A DNA stretch of 64,000 nt, taken from assembly GCA_044344255.1 (NCBI GenBank), contig JBIJDH010000007.1, positions 128,001-192,000 on the forward strand, in the 5' to 3' direction. Under the pieces are notes generated by a model that worked only from the letters and a program-made list of their open reading frames with translations, ran no database searches and had not been told where the DNA came from. Position numbers and translations under genes: made by a program. Below are positions 35,586 to 47,267 of the stretch, one piece after another. The DNA comes from Myxococcota bacterium (GTDB lineage Bacteria; Myxococcota_A; UBA796; UBA2385). Position 1 is the first letter of the stretch. Every line of letters begins with the position of its first letter.

Positions 35586-37440
35586 TGCACCCCCTGAACC
35601 TGCGAGAGCCCCTCGTTTCGCCTCGACCGCGTCGGCGCTCCGCCACAGCGTCGGTGCTGGCCCTCCTCGCGCTCGGCTGGACCGGTGGCTGCCACTACTT
35701 GAGCGACGAAGAGTACGCGGCCCTCTTCTCGAAGGGCGACGGGGCGGACGGCGCCGATGGCAGCGGGGCCGACGCCGACGGCGACGGCTACGACGCACCC
35801 GAGGACTGCGACGACACCGACGCCGCCATCCACCCCGGCGCCGACGAGCACTGCGATGGGGTCGACGAGGACTGCACCACCGTCGCGAATACGCCCCCGT
35901 GGACGGCCTGACGCTCTACCGGGACTCCGACGGTGACGGCTTCGGGGACCCCGCTTCCGCCACCTACGGCTGCCCGGGCGGCGCGGGCCTGGTGGAGCGT
36001 GGGGATGACTGTGAAGATGGCATCGCCACTGTCTTCCCCGGCTCCCACTCGATCGAGGACGGCACAGACGACATCGACACGGACTGCGACGGCAACCTCG
36101 CCTGTGATGATCTGAACTGCGATGGCTGGCCAGACCTCGTGCTGTGGAGCGCAGGTTCGTACCCATCGGCCTCCGACCGCAGCGTGTATTACCTCAGCGA
36201 CGAGGGCAGCTTCGACGGGGTGGCCGCGTACCCCATCCCTGGGGAGGGTGTCTACTCGGCCCACGCCGCTGACCTCGACGCGGACGGGTACCCCGACCTC
36301 ATCGTCGGTCATCAATACGGGAGCGGCGGAGGAGGCATCGACATCTACCCGGGCACCATCAGCGGTCCGGACCTCACGGCGTCGGCCGTGCAGTCCTTGG
36401 AGGGCGACAACACCCTCGCCATCTGCCTCGAAGACTTCGACGGTGACGGCGACACCGACATCGCCCAGGTCAACCACGGCGGCTTGGACACGAAGGGGGC
36501 GGTGGCCCGCATCTGGTGGAACAACGCCGGTCTGTTCAACATCGATCAGGCGGCCGACCTCATCGGCGGGAACGGCGTGAGCTGCGCCACGGGAGACCTC
36601 GACCGGGACGGCCTCCCCGACCTCACCGTCGCCAACTACGGAGTCGGCACTGAGCTCAACGATACGAGCTACTTGTATCGCAGCGACGGGGGTGCCTTTG
36701 ACCTCGGGTCGGTCCCCCTGTCGGCGAAGGCGCCGCTCGAGGTGCTCACCGGTGACCTCACCGGGGATGGACGGGACGACGCCTTCTTTGTCAGCCGCGG
36801 TGACCCATCGGACGCATACTGGACGACCTCGACCGCCTATACAGACCTCGGTGACGGCTTCGACTCCGTAGACGTAGCCGCGCAGATCGACACACAGGGC
36901 GCCGAAGACGGCGTGCTGGCCGACTTCAATCAGGACGGGCTCCTCGACGTCGCCCTGTCCTGGTTCACTCCGGCGGCGGCGCCCGATCCGCTGCGGGGCG
37001 GCGTGCAGGTCTACCTGAACGACGGCGGATCCTTCAGCCTCGCCTTCGAGGCCGAGCACCTCCTGGGGGTCGAGGTGAGCGCGGAGGACCTCAACGGCGA
37101 CGACTACCCTGAGCTCATCCTCAGCCAGCTCTCGGACGGAGAACGTTTCGACGTGGACTCCTACGTGTACTGGTCTTCGGCGGGGGAGTTTAGCGTCGAG
37201 GACCGAACCGCCCTGCCCACCCACGGCAGCGCCCACCACAGCGTCACCGATCTCGACGGAGACGGCGAGCCCGAGCTCGTCTTCGGCGGGGCCTACACGG
37301 GCTCGACGGACTCGCCCTCGCAGTCGGCGAACACCGTGATCTACTCGGTGGTGGACGGAGACATCGATCCTTCGGACTTCACTCTGGTGGCCGGCTACGC
37401 TACCTACTCAGACCCCCTCGTGGTCGGGAGCCTCCCCTGA
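35586..37440 (+). pseudogene. MopE-repeat + FG-GAP lipoprotein interrupted by a one-base frameshift near 35894-35898
   Basis: 5' ORF (lipobox TGGC, DADGDG..DCDD..PGADEHCDGVDEDC) stops at 35911. The 3' frame continues LYRDSDGDGFG and has multiple DLDxDGxPDL repeats. Confidence 0.75.
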
Positions 37441-37448
37441 GCTTGCCG

Positions 37449-38306
37449 ATGCTCCTCTTCCTCGTCTCCGCGGCCTCGGCTGCGCCGGTCTGCCCGGCGA
37501 CCGTGGCTGAGCTCAACGCCGCCCTCGACGAGGCCGAAGCCGCCTTCGTGAAGCTGGACGCCGTCGGCCTCCGCGCCGGCTGGAGGGACGCCGCCGCCGA
37601 GGTTGGCTGCCTCCAGGTGTCGATCCCCCCGGTCGTCGCCGCCCGCCTGCACCGCGCCAGCGCCCTGCGCGCCTTCGTGGACGGGGACGAGGCCGCGGCC
37701 CGCCGCTCGCTGCTCGCCGCCCGGGTGCTCGACCCCTCGGGCACCTTTCCCGCGGCCCTCCTGCCCGCCGACCACCCGCTCCGGGCGCTCGATCCCGGCG
37801 CCGGCCCGCACGTGGCCGCCACGATCGCCGTCCGTCCCCCGCCCGTGGGAACGCTCTCCTTTGACGGACAGGCGAGCCTCTACCGCCCTTCGGACCGACC
37901 GACGGCGATGCAGGTGCTGGGGCCAGACGGAGCGACGGTGCAGGGCGCCTACCTCTGGCCGGAGGAGCCGCTCGGCCCCTGGACCTCCGAGGCCCCCCGC
38001 CGCGCGGCTGCGGATCGGGCTCCTCCGAGCGACCCGCCCGTCGCGGTGGCGCGCTCCGGGGGGCGCCTGACCCGCCCGCTGGCCATCACCAGCGCGGTGA
38101 GCCTCGTGCTGGCCGGCGCCGCTTACACGGTCTCGGAGCTCTCCTACCGCAGCGTGCTCGACGAGGTCGAAGCCGACCCCTCCGTCTCGCGGGAGGTGAC
38201 CGACCCCGCCCTCCGCCGCCACCAGCTCTCCTTCCCGATGGCGGTCGCCCTCGGCGGGGTGGGCGCGCTCACTGGGCTGGGGGCCGTGGCGACCTGGGTC
38301 TGGTGA
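37449..38306 (+). CDS. Secreted/membrane hypothetical protein with C-terminal TM hairpin
   Basis: Signal peptide MLLFLVSAASA; two C-terminal hydrophobic segments; directly upstream of the kinase. Confidence 0.7.
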   Translation: MLLFLVSAASAAPVCPATVAELNAALDEAEAAFVKLDAVGLRAGWRDAAAEVGCLQVSIPPVVAARLHRASALRAFVDGDEAAARRSLLAARVLDPSGTFPAALLPADHPLRALDPGAGPHVAATIAVRPPPVGTLSFDGQASLYRPSDRPTAMQVLGPDGATVQGAYLWPEEPLGPWTSEAPRRAAADRAPPSDPPVAVARSGGRLTRPLAITSAVSLVLAGAAYTVSELSYRSVLDEVEADPSVSREVTDPALRRHQLSFPMAVALGGVGALTGLGAVATWVW

Positions 38307-38363
38307 AGCTCCCCCCCGCGGGTTAACGGCGACCGTTCGTCGAACTGCGGGAGAGAGGTTCTG

Positions 38364-39911
38364 ATGGCCCGCACCCTGGCGCCGGGAGAGATCATCGACC
38401 GGTACACGGTGTTGTCCCTCCTCGGTGAAGGAGGGATGGCGGCGGTGTACGCGGTCCGCCACAACACCCTCGGCAGCCGGCACGCCCTCAAGCTCCTCAA
38501 GATCGAGAACGAGGGCATCCAGCGCCGCCTCGTCGCCGAGGGGCAGGTGCAGGCCTCCCTTCGGCATCCGAACATCGTCTCTGTCACGGATGTGTTGATT
38601 GTAGACGGTCAGATCGGCCTCCTGATGGAGCACATCGACGGCCCTGCGCTGGACGCCTGGCTCCGGGAGCACCGCCCGAGCCAGAAGGACGCCCTCGCGC
38701 TCTTCCGCGGCATCCTCGCCGGCGTGTCCCGGGCGCACCGGGCCGGCCTCGTGCACCGTGACCTCAAGCCTGGCAACGTGCTCCTCGACAGCGCGGACGG
38801 GCTCACGATCCCCAAGGTGGCTGACTTCGGCCTCGCCAAGATCCTGGCCGACAATGAGGGAGGGCACTCCCGAACGCGCAGCGGTTTGCCGATGGGCACG
38901 CCTCAGTTCATGGCGCCAGAGCAGATCCGCAGCGCCAAGGAGGTCGACACTCGGGCCGACATCTTCGCGTTGGGCTGCATCCTCTATGTGTTGATCTGTG
39001 GGCAGGTCCCCTTTGAGGATCCGGACCTGCTCGAGCTCTTCAACAAGATCGCCACCGGCCGGTACACCCCCCCCTCGGCCCTGGTCCGGGGCCTCGATCC
39101 GCGGGTGGACGCCACCCTCCGGGCCTGCTTGGAGTTCGACCGGGAGCGCCGCCCGCCCGACTGCGAGGCGGTGCGCCGCATGCTCTACGGGGACGACGAG
39201 GCGATGACCGGCGGCGTCAAGCTCTCTCCGAGCCCGCCGCCGAGCTCCCTCCTCCGCGCCGCTCCCCTGGAGCAGGGGGTCACCGAGACCCTGATGGAGG
39301 CCTCCGCGCGGACGGCGGCGGAGGGTGCGCAGGGTTCGGCTCGGGGGCCCCTGCGGGAGGCCGACCCTGCCGCCGAGGCGCGCGGTCGGCGAGATCGGTT
39401 CGGGCTCACCGTGGGCGTGGTGGCCGTGTTCGGCGTGCTGCTGCTCGCGCTCTTCACCGCGGTGGCCGGCGGCCTCGCCTGGGTGGGCTACGAGAGCCGG
39501 CTGCGAGAGGCGGAGCTCGCCCGGCAGGTAGCCGCGGAGGCGAGGACAGAGCCTGCGCTGGCGTCCCCTGCGCCGTCCGAGCCCGCCGCGGAGGTCAACG
39601 CGGCCCCCGAGGTCGAGCCCCCTCCGCCCACGGAGCCCCGGGGGAGGGCGGCCCCGGCGGCCTCGGCGGCCTCGGCGGCCCCGGCGGCCCCTGCCACCGG
39701 GACCGTCTCGGTGACGGGGCGGGTGGAGGCCGTGAGCCTCGTCTCGTCGGCGGGCCGCTTCGGCCCAGGGGCCGTCCCCTCCGGCGCGTATGCGGTGACC
39801 TACACCTTCGCAGGGCGGGAGCCGCAGAAGCTGGGCACGGTGGTGGTGGAGCCCGGCCGCCTCACGACCATCGCCTGTGACCAGAGCTTCTCGATCTGCA
39901 GGGTCCAGTGA
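38364..39911 (+). CDS. Membrane Hanks-type Ser/Thr protein kinase
   Basis: LGEGGMAAV, ALK, HRDLKPGN, DFG, GTPQFMAPEQ; TM; small extracellular beta domain. Confidence 0.96.
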   Translation: MARTLAPGEIIDRYTVLSLLGEGGMAAVYAVRHNTLGSRHALKLLKIENEGIQRRLVAEGQVQASLRHPNIVSVTDVLIVDGQIGLLMEHIDGPALDAWLREHRPSQKDALALFRGILAGVSRAHRAGLVHRDLKPGNVLLDSADGLTIPKVADFGLAKILADNEGGHSRTRSGLPMGTPQFMAPEQIRSAKEVDTRADIFALGCILYVLICGQVPFEDPDLLELFNKIATGRYTPPSALVRGLDPRVDATLRACLEFDRERRPPDCEAVRRMLYGDDEAMTGGVKLSPSPPPSSLLRAAPLEQGVTETLMEASARTAAEGAQGSARGPLREADPAAEARGRRDRFGLTVGVVAVFGVLLLALFTAVAGGLAWVGYESRLREAELARQVAAEARTEPALASPAPSEPAAEVNAAPEVEPPPPTEPRGRAAPAASAASAAPAAPATGTVSVTGRVEAVSLVSSAGRFGPGAVPSGAYAVTYTFAGREPQKLGTVVVEPGRLTTIACDQSFSICRVQ

Positions 39912-40696
39912 AGAGGGCCGAGCCGCCGCTGCGGTCGGTGGAGCCGGCCCTCGTGGAGCTCCACTTCGGCTATCGACGGGCGGCCCGGCGGGCCCGGGTC
40001 TTCATCCCCGCCGCGGTCGAGCCCGAGGCTCCCTTGCTGCTGCTCTTCGACGGGCAGAACGTCTTCGGAGACGAGGGGAGCTACGCGGGCGGCTGGTACG
40101 CCCACCGGGCGGTGGACGCGCTGCCGCGCACGGTGCGCCGCCCCGTGGTGGTGGGCATCGACAACGGCGGCATCTATCGAAACCGCGAGCTCTGGAGCGG
40201 ACTCGACGAGCTGCTGGGCGCCATCGCCTCCTCCCTGCTGCCGGCCATCCGCGCGCGCTGGTCGATCGGCGCGGGGCCGGTGGTGCTCGGAGGCGCCTCG
40301 ATGGGCGGGCTCGCCGCCCTCGCCGGTCACCTCCGCCATCCGAGGGTGTTTGGCGGAGTCCTCGGCGTCTCGCCTTCCTTCTGGGTGGGTGGCGGGGCGC
40401 TCTTTGGGGAGGTCGCGGGCACCATCCCCCACGGTCGTCCCCGCATCTACATCGACGCCGGTCAGCGGGAGAAGGGGCAGATGTTCGAGCAGGCGGCGCA
40501 GATGGCCGCGCTGCTTGTGCGGCGTGGGTATCCGGCCAGCCACGTCCGTTGGCGACCCGATCGGCGCGGGACACACCACGAGCGCCACTGGCGTCGTCGC
40601 CTTCCGGGGGCGCTGCGCTTCCTCTTCCATAAGCGGGTGCCCGTGGAGGAGGGCTGCACCTGGAGAGACGGCCCGCCCGACGGGGTGAAGCCGTGA
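39908..40696 (+). CDS. Putative esterase (alpha/beta hydrolase)
   Basis: LFDGQNVF, GASMGG, SPSFW, YIDAGQRE, HHERHW. Confidence 0.88.
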   Translation: MKRAEPPLRSVEPALVELHFGYRRAARRARVFIPAAVEPEAPLLLLFDGQNVFGDEGSYAGGWYAHRAVDALPRTVRRPVVVGIDNGGIYRNRELWSGLDELLGAIASSLLPAIRARWSIGAGPVVLGGASMGGLAALAGHLRHPRVFGGVLGVSPSFWVGGGALFGEVAGTIPHGRPRIYIDAGQREKGQMFEQAAQMAALLVRRGYPASHVRWRPDRRGTHHERHWRRRLPGALRFLFHKRVPVEEGCTWRDGPPDGVKP

Positions 40697-42255
40697 GGGC
40701 CTCGGACGCCCTCGCGGGGTCCGCCGCCCGTCGCCTCCTCCGCGCGTTCGGCCTGGGGGTCGCCCTGGGTCCGGGCTGCGGCTCGGGGAGAGGGCCGAAG
40801 GGCGGGGCGGCAGACAGCGCTCCGGGAGGCGTTTCGGACAGCGGGTCGGACAGCGTTTCGGACAGCGTTTCGGACAGCGCGCCGGCGGGCGACAGCGGGG
40901 CCTCGGGAGACTCGGGAGGGTCGAGCCCCTGCCTGCCGGTGGAGGGCGAGCGGGTCCTCGGGCCCTCCCTCGGCGACGCACGGGTGAGCCTCTCGGCCAC
41001 CGGCTGGTTTCGCACGGAGCGCCTCTGCGACCGCTGGTGGCTCGTCGATCCCGAGGGGCACCCCTTCTGGTCGGTGGGGGTGAACAGCGCCACCCCCACT
41101 GGCCTCCAAGACGCCACCACAGGGCGGTATCCCTACGGGGAGGCCGTGGCCGCGGCCTACGCGAGCGAGGCGGACTGGGCGCTCGCCACCGCGGAGCGCC
41201 TCCAGGGTTGGGGCTTCAACACCGCAGGCTCCTGGTCCGACCACGGTCACCTCGGGCCCCTCCTCCCCGGCGCGGTCAACCTCCACCTGTCGGGCGGCGA
41301 CTGGGAGAGCGGCGCGGTGGCCGACTGGTTCGACCCCGCCTGGGAGGCCGACGTGGTGACGGCCGCCTCCGCGGGGGCTCGGCCCGATGATCCACTGCTC
41401 ATCGGCTACTTCATCGATAACGAGACCCGTTGGGGCCCCGACTGGCGGGGGCTCGAGACGCTGCTCCAGCTCTACCTCGGCCTGCCCTCCACAGCCCCCG
41501 GGAAACAAGCGGCGGTGGCCCTCCTGCTCGAGCGACACGGAGACGTCGCCACCTTGAACGCGGCGCTGGGCACGACCTTCGCCGATGAGACGGCGCTCCT
41601 CGCGGAGACCGGGGCCTGGGACGCCCTCGATCCGGGCGCCTCTCCCGCGGCGGACACGCTCACCGCGGACTTCCTGACCCTGTCTGCCGACCGGTACTTC
41701 TCGGTCACCGCGGGCGCGATCCGCGCCGCTGACCCAAACCACCTCATCCTCGGCAACCGAGAGGTGTCGGTGATGGTGCGGCTCGAGGTCTATGAGGCCG
41801 CGGCGCCCTATGTCGATGTCCTCTCGATCAACAGCTACGCCTACCTCGACGGCGTCGAGCCGCTCGCGCTTGCGCTCTCCGGGGCGCCCTCGCGAGCCGA
41901 TGGGTTCCTCGCTGTGCATGAGCGGGTCGACCTGCCCATCCTGGTCACGGAGTTCGGCTTCCGGGCCGACGACGCCGGCCTGCCGAATTCCTGGCCGCCG
42001 GTCTATCCGCGGTTCCCCACTCAGACCGAGCGGACCGCGGCCTACGTGGCGGTCACCCGGGAGCGCCAGGCGGTGCCGTGGATCGTCGGGCAACACTGGT
42101 ACATGTGGACCGATGACCCGCCCAACGGCCGCTTTGACGGCGAGGACAACAACTGGGGCCTCGTGAGCCTGACCGACACGCCCTATGAGGAGCTCACCCT
42201 CGGCGCGGCGGCGGTGAACGCCGAGATCGGCGCCTGGGTGGAGGTCCCGCGCTGA
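40693..42255 (+). CDS. Agarase-like (GH50-related, clan GH-A) glycoside hydrolase lipoprotein
   Basis: RWWLVDPEGHPFWSVGVN, WGFNTAGSW, GYFIDNE, DPNHLILG, PILVTEFG, IVGQHWY, GEDNNWGLV. Confidence 0.8.
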   Translation: MRASDALAGSAARRLLRAFGLGVALGPGCGSGRGPKGGAADSAPGGVSDSGSDSVSDSVSDSAPAGDSGASGDSGGSSPCLPVEGERVLGPSLGDARVSLSATGWFRTERLCDRWWLVDPEGHPFWSVGVNSATPTGLQDATTGRYPYGEAVAAAYASEADWALATAERLQGWGFNTAGSWSDHGHLGPLLPGAVNLHLSGGDWESGAVADWFDPAWEADVVTAASAGARPDDPLLIGYFIDNETRWGPDWRGLETLLQLYLGLPSTAPGKQAAVALLLERHGDVATLNAALGTTFADETALLAETGAWDALDPGASPAADTLTADFLTLSADRYFSVTAGAIRAADPNHLILGNREVSVMVRLEVYEAAAPYVDVLSINSYAYLDGVEPLALALSGAPSRADGFLAVHERVDLPILVTEFGFRADDAGLPNSWPPVYPRFPTQTERTAAYVAVTRERQAVPWIVGQHWYMWTDDPPNGRFDGEDNNWGLVSLTDTPYEELTLGAAAVNAEIGAWVEVPR

Positions 42256-42262
42256 CGTTGGC

Positions 42263-42299
42263 GGGCGGGAGGCGGGAGGCGGGAGGCGGGAGGAATGGG
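42263..42299 (+). repeat. GGCGGGA heptamer repeat; G-quadruplex-capable
   Basis: GGG-C-GGG-AGGC-GGG-AGGC-GGG-AGGC-GGG. Confidence 0.7.
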
Positions 42300-42322
42300 A
42301 AAAGAGCAGATTTGTTGGCCCG

Positions 42323-42349
42323 GTGATCTTCCCCGTCGCCCGAAGCGTA
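42323..42349 (+). promoter_or_regulatory. Putative sigmaE/ChrR (ECF11-type) promoter
   Basis: GTGATC-N17-CGTA about 60 nt upstream of the first gene of the unit that contains the sigma/ChrR pair. Confidence 0.65.
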
Positions 42350-42407
42350 GGTAGGGTCTGCCCCGCTGGCCCGCCTACGGCGGGACGCACCTCACGAGGA
42401 GACCCCC

Positions 42408-43808
<1,401 letters not shown>

Positions 43809-43870
43809 GGGTCGGCTGCCGCCTGCGGGCGGTTGGTCCCGGCGGACCGCTTCGGCTACATGGGCGCTCC

Positions 43871-44425
43871 ATGGCCGAAGAAGGTCCGGACCCCCGCTCC
43901 CTGATGCGCGCGATCGCCCTGCGGCGCGATCGGGGAGCGCTGGCTGAGCTCTACACCCTCTTCGCGCCGCGGCTGCGGGGCTTTCTGTTCCGTCTCGGCT
44001 GCGATGGCGCTGAGGCGGACGATCTCATCCACGAGATCTTCCTCACGGTCTGGCAGCGGGCGGACCGCTACGACCCGGAGCGGGCCGGCGTGTCCACCTG
44101 GTTGTTCACGGTGGCGCGAAACCGGCGCATCGATCGGCTCCGCCGGGAGCGCCGCCACGAGGTCGCGGAGGCGGCTCCGCCCCCGCCCTCCGACGGGCGG
44201 CCCCACCCCGACGAGGTGATCGCCGCCGATCGGATCGGCGAGCGGCTCCGCCGGCTCATCAAAGAGTTGCCGGCGGAGCAATCCGAGGTGCTCCGTCGTG
44301 CGTACTTCGAGGAGCAGACGCTGCTCGTGATCTCGCAAGAGACGAGCGTGCCGCTCGGCACGGTGAAGTCGAGGGTTCGCCTCGCCTTCCAGCACCTCCG
44401 TCGCGCCTTGGAAGATCCCCCATGA
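43871..44425 (+). CDS. ECF sigma factor (RpoE/ECF11-type)
   Basis: ADDLIHEIFLTVW, WLFTVARNRRID, PLGTVKSRVRLA; ATGA-coupled to ChrR. Confidence 0.92.
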   Translation: MAEEGPDPRSLMRAIALRRDRGALAELYTLFAPRLRGFLFRLGCDGAEADDLIHEIFLTVWQRADRYDPERAGVSTWLFTVARNRRIDRLRRERRHEVAEAAPPPPSDGRPHPDEVIAADRIGERLRRLIKELPAEQSEVLRRAYFEEQTLLVISQETSVPLGTVKSRVRLAFQHLRRALEDPP

Positions 44426-45081
44426 GCCCCCGTCATCACCCCACCGAAGAGCTCCTGTTGGCCTACGCCGGCGGGGCGGCTTCGGAGGGGCTCGGGCTCT
44501 GTGTCGCCACCCACCTGTCCGGTTGCCCGCGCTGCGCCCGGGAGGTGGCCCTGGCCGAGGCCCTGGGCGGCGCTGCGCTCGAAGAAGCCGCCCCGGCCGA
44601 GCTCGCCAAGGGCGGCCTCGATCGACTGCTCGCCGCCCTCGATGCGCCCCCGCCGCCGAGCCCGCCCTCGGAGCCGCTGGCAGCGCTGGGGCCGAGCTGG
44701 CTGCCGGAGCCCCTCCGCTCGGTGGTGGGGCCGATCGACCCCCGGCGGTGGCGGTCCGTCGTGCCCGGGGTGGTGTGGAGCTTTGAGATCCCCTTGTCTG
44801 GAGCGGGCCCCTCTGCGCGCCTCACGCGGATGCGGGGGGGCTTCGACGTGCCCTCTCACACCCACCGCGGCCTCGAGCTCAACCTCGTGGTGGCCGGTGG
44901 CTTTCAGGATCGGGGGGAGTCCTACGGCCCCGGCGACCTGGCCTGCAACGACGACACGATCGTGCACCACCTCGAGGTCGATCGCGGCGAGCCTTGCGTG
45001 ATGCTCGTGGTCAACGAGGCGCCCCTCGTGCCGGTGGGCGCCTGGTCCAAGCTCGTGGGCGCCTTCACGGGCGGCTACTGA
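44422..45081 (+). CDS. chrR: ChrR-family anti-sigma factor
   Basis: HHPTEELLLAYAGG, HLSGCPRC (zinc ASD); cupin PSHTHRGLELNLV..G...HH. Confidence 0.92.
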   Translation: MSPRHHPTEELLLAYAGGAASEGLGLCVATHLSGCPRCAREVALAEALGGAALEEAAPAELAKGGLDRLLAALDAPPPPSPPSEPLAALGPSWLPEPLRSVVGPIDPRRWRSVVPGVVWSFEIPLSGAGPSARLTRMRGGFDVPSHTHRGLELNLVVAGGFQDRGESYGPGDLACNDDTIVHHLEVDRGEPCVMLVVNEAPLVPVGAWSKLVGAFTGGY

Positions 45082-46177
45082 GGGGCGGCGACTGAGGGCC
45101 CTCGGCGGGGCTGATCCAGCCGGGCGGCACCCGGCCCGGGCGGAGCCAGCCCGAGCGCAGCCACTCCCCGACCGGATCGGTCACCGCGACCTTGCCGGTC
45201 CAGAGCCAGGCGGCGTCCCCGCCCGCCTCCAGCCATCGCTGCACCAACATGCGGCCCATCAAGTAGACCGCATCCTTGGCGTAGACGCCGGGGGCGCCGG
45301 GGTCGGAGAGGCCCCGCTTCACCCGGAGGCAGACGCTCCAGGCCATGCCGGCGCCGTGGCGGGCGGAGAGCTCGGTGTACAGCTCACGAAAGCCGCAGCG
45401 ACGCGCCGCGTCCACGGCCTTCACCACCTCCATCTGGCGGGCGAGGCTGCCCGGCGAGGCGACCCCGGCCCGCTCTTCGGCCACCATCGCCAGGCCCTCC
45501 TCGGTGAGCAGGGAGTCCGGCAGTCCGGTCGAGAAACAACGGAGGGGCTGGGCGTCCCCGTTCTCGCTGCGCATCGCGTGGACGTCGATCTCGTGGACGA
45601 CGAGGCGGGCGAGGTCGCGCTGACGGAAGGCGGCGCCGGGGTGGACGCGGATCACCCGCTTGGCGCCGTCCACCAGCACCCGGGCCGCCATCACGGTGTC
45701 CGGCTCGACCCGCCACCCCCGCAGGCCCCGCTCGGTGAGGGCGAGCTCCAGGCGGGCGATGAGGGTGGAGGCGGGGATGTCGAGTGGCTGATCCTCCTCT
45801 TCTCCCTCGTCGAACTGGAGGGCGAGGGTCTCCTCGTCCGGGTACCACCCGGCCTGACGGTTGAGGGCGTCGAAGGCGGCGGAGCTCCGATCGCGAAGGG
45901 CGTAGACGAGGGTGCGCGTCCCGTCGAAGATTCGGCCGATCAGCAGGCCGAGGGCGGTGTCTCGCGGCGGCTCGTAGAGGTCGAGCTGACGGAGGGCGTC
46001 GTCCGCCTCGATGAAGGGGATGTATCGAAAGGGCGGGGCCTCGGCGCCGCGCAGGAAGGCGCGGCGGGCCTCGGGTGCGTTCTCCGGGTTCAAGTGCCGA
46101 GAGAAGGTGATCCGACGCAGGATCTCGTGATGGGCCGCGTCGGCGTCGAGCAGGGGCTGGGGGATGCGCAAGAACAT
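45065..46177 (-). CDS. DUF1704 / tyrosine-carboxypeptidase-like metallopeptidase
   Basis: LVVHEIDVH..R..NG, TEEGLA, RVKRG, YAKDAVYL. Confidence 0.85.
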   Translation of the reverse strand: MFLRIPQPLLDADAAHHEILRRITFSRHLNPENAPEARRAFLRGAEAPPFRYIPFIEADDALRQLDLYEPPRDTALGLLIGRIFDGTRTLVYALRDRSSAAFDALNRQAGWYPDEETLALQFDEGEEEDQPLDIPASTLIARLELALTERGLRGWRVEPDTVMAARVLVDGAKRVIRVHPGAAFRQRDLARLVVHEIDVHAMRSENGDAQPLRCFSTGLPDSLLTEEGLAMVAEERAGVASPGSLARQMEVVKAVDAARRCGFRELYTELSARHGAGMAWSVCLRVKRGLSDPGAPGVYAKDAVYLMGRMLVQRWLEAGGDAAWLWTGKVAVTDPVGEWLRSGWLRPGRVPPGWISPAEGPQSPPLSSRP

Positions 46178-46231
46178 GGCGGCACGGTACCATCCCTCGC
46201 GTCCTGACAGGCGCGGCCCGATTGGCAGCGC

Positions 46232-47236
46232 TTGAACCCGTCCCCGGAGCCCCCGGTGCCCCTCTCCCCGCCCTCGCCCGCCGACGTGCCAGCCGACACC
46301 GCCCCAATGGATGCGCTCCCGATCGAGGTCGACACCGCGCTCATCGCCTCGCTCTCCCCCGCCCTCGCCCGAAGCGCGCTGCCCGCCTGGATCGCCAGCT
46401 ACGTGGCCGGCGCGGGCGCGCGGGCTGGCGTCGAGGGCGCGCTTCGAGAGTCCATCGCGTCCTTCGACGACGAGGCCCTGGCGGTCGCCCTCCGGGACTT
46501 CGTGGTCACGGGCGACCACTACCGCCACTACCCCGCCTCGCCGCTCGGTCGGGCGCTGAGCCGGGCCTTCATCGGCGGCCTGCTCCCCGCCGCCGAGCTC
46601 GTGGGCGTGGAGCACCTCCGCGCGGCGGTGGCCGAAGGCCCTTGCCTGCTCTTGTCCAACCACCTCTCTTACGTCGACACCCAGGTGACCGACGCCCTGC
46701 TCGCCGGGCACGGCGAGGCGGCGCTGGCCGACCGGGTCGTCGCCGTGGCCGGTCCGAAGGTGTACGGCACGCCCTTCCGGCGCTTCGCCGCCTTCAGCTT
46801 GAGCACGCTCAAGACCGCTCAGTCGAGCTCCCTCTCGCACAACGAGGCGGGCCTCAGCCCCCGCGAGGTGGGCCGCATCGCGATCGAGACCATTCAGCGG
46901 GCCGTGCAGCTGATGGGGGCGGGCCAGCCAGTGCTCATCTACGCCGAGGGCGCGCGGAGCCGCACGGGGCGCCTCCAGCCCTTCCTCAAGGGAGTCTCCC
47001 GTTACGTCGGCCTCCCCGGCACGCGGGTGGTGCCGGTGGCCATCTCGGGCACCGAGCGGCTGTTCCCCATCGACGCCACCCAGATGCGCCCTGCGGCCGT
47101 GCGCCTCTGCTTCGGGGAGGCGGTGGTGGTCGAACCCGCGGGCCGTCAGGCCGGGGTCGAGGCATGCTGGGCCCGCCTCGCCGCGCTGCTGCCCGCAGAG
47201 CACCGCCCGGACGCAGAGACCCCCGCGCTGGCCTGA
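46232..47236 (+). CDS. PlsC-like lysophospholipid acyltransferase
   Basis: NHLSYVD, YAEGARSRTG, VVPVAISG. Start uncertain (46232 or 46307). Confidence 0.88.
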   Translation: MNPSPEPPVPLSPPSPADVPADTAPMDALPIEVDTALIASLSPALARSALPAWIASYVAGAGARAGVEGALRESIASFDDEALAVALRDFVVTGDHYRHYPASPLGRALSRAFIGGLLPAAELVGVEHLRAAVAEGPCLLLSNHLSYVDTQVTDALLAGHGEAALADRVVAVAGPKVYGTPFRRFAAFSLSTLKTAQSSSLSHNEAGLSPREVGRIAIETIQRAVQLMGAGQPVLIYAEGARSRTGRLQPFLKGVSRYVGLPGTRVVPVAISGTERLFPIDATQMRPAAVRLCFGEAVVVEPAGRQAGVEACWARLAALLPAEHRPDAETPALA

Positions 47237-47267
47237 GCCAAGGCGCGGGGGCGGGGGCGGCGAGCGC

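Noticed and set aside
35909..35911. TGA as selenocysteine or read-through
   Set aside because: The downstream coding region is in a different frame, so this is a frameshift rather than recoding.
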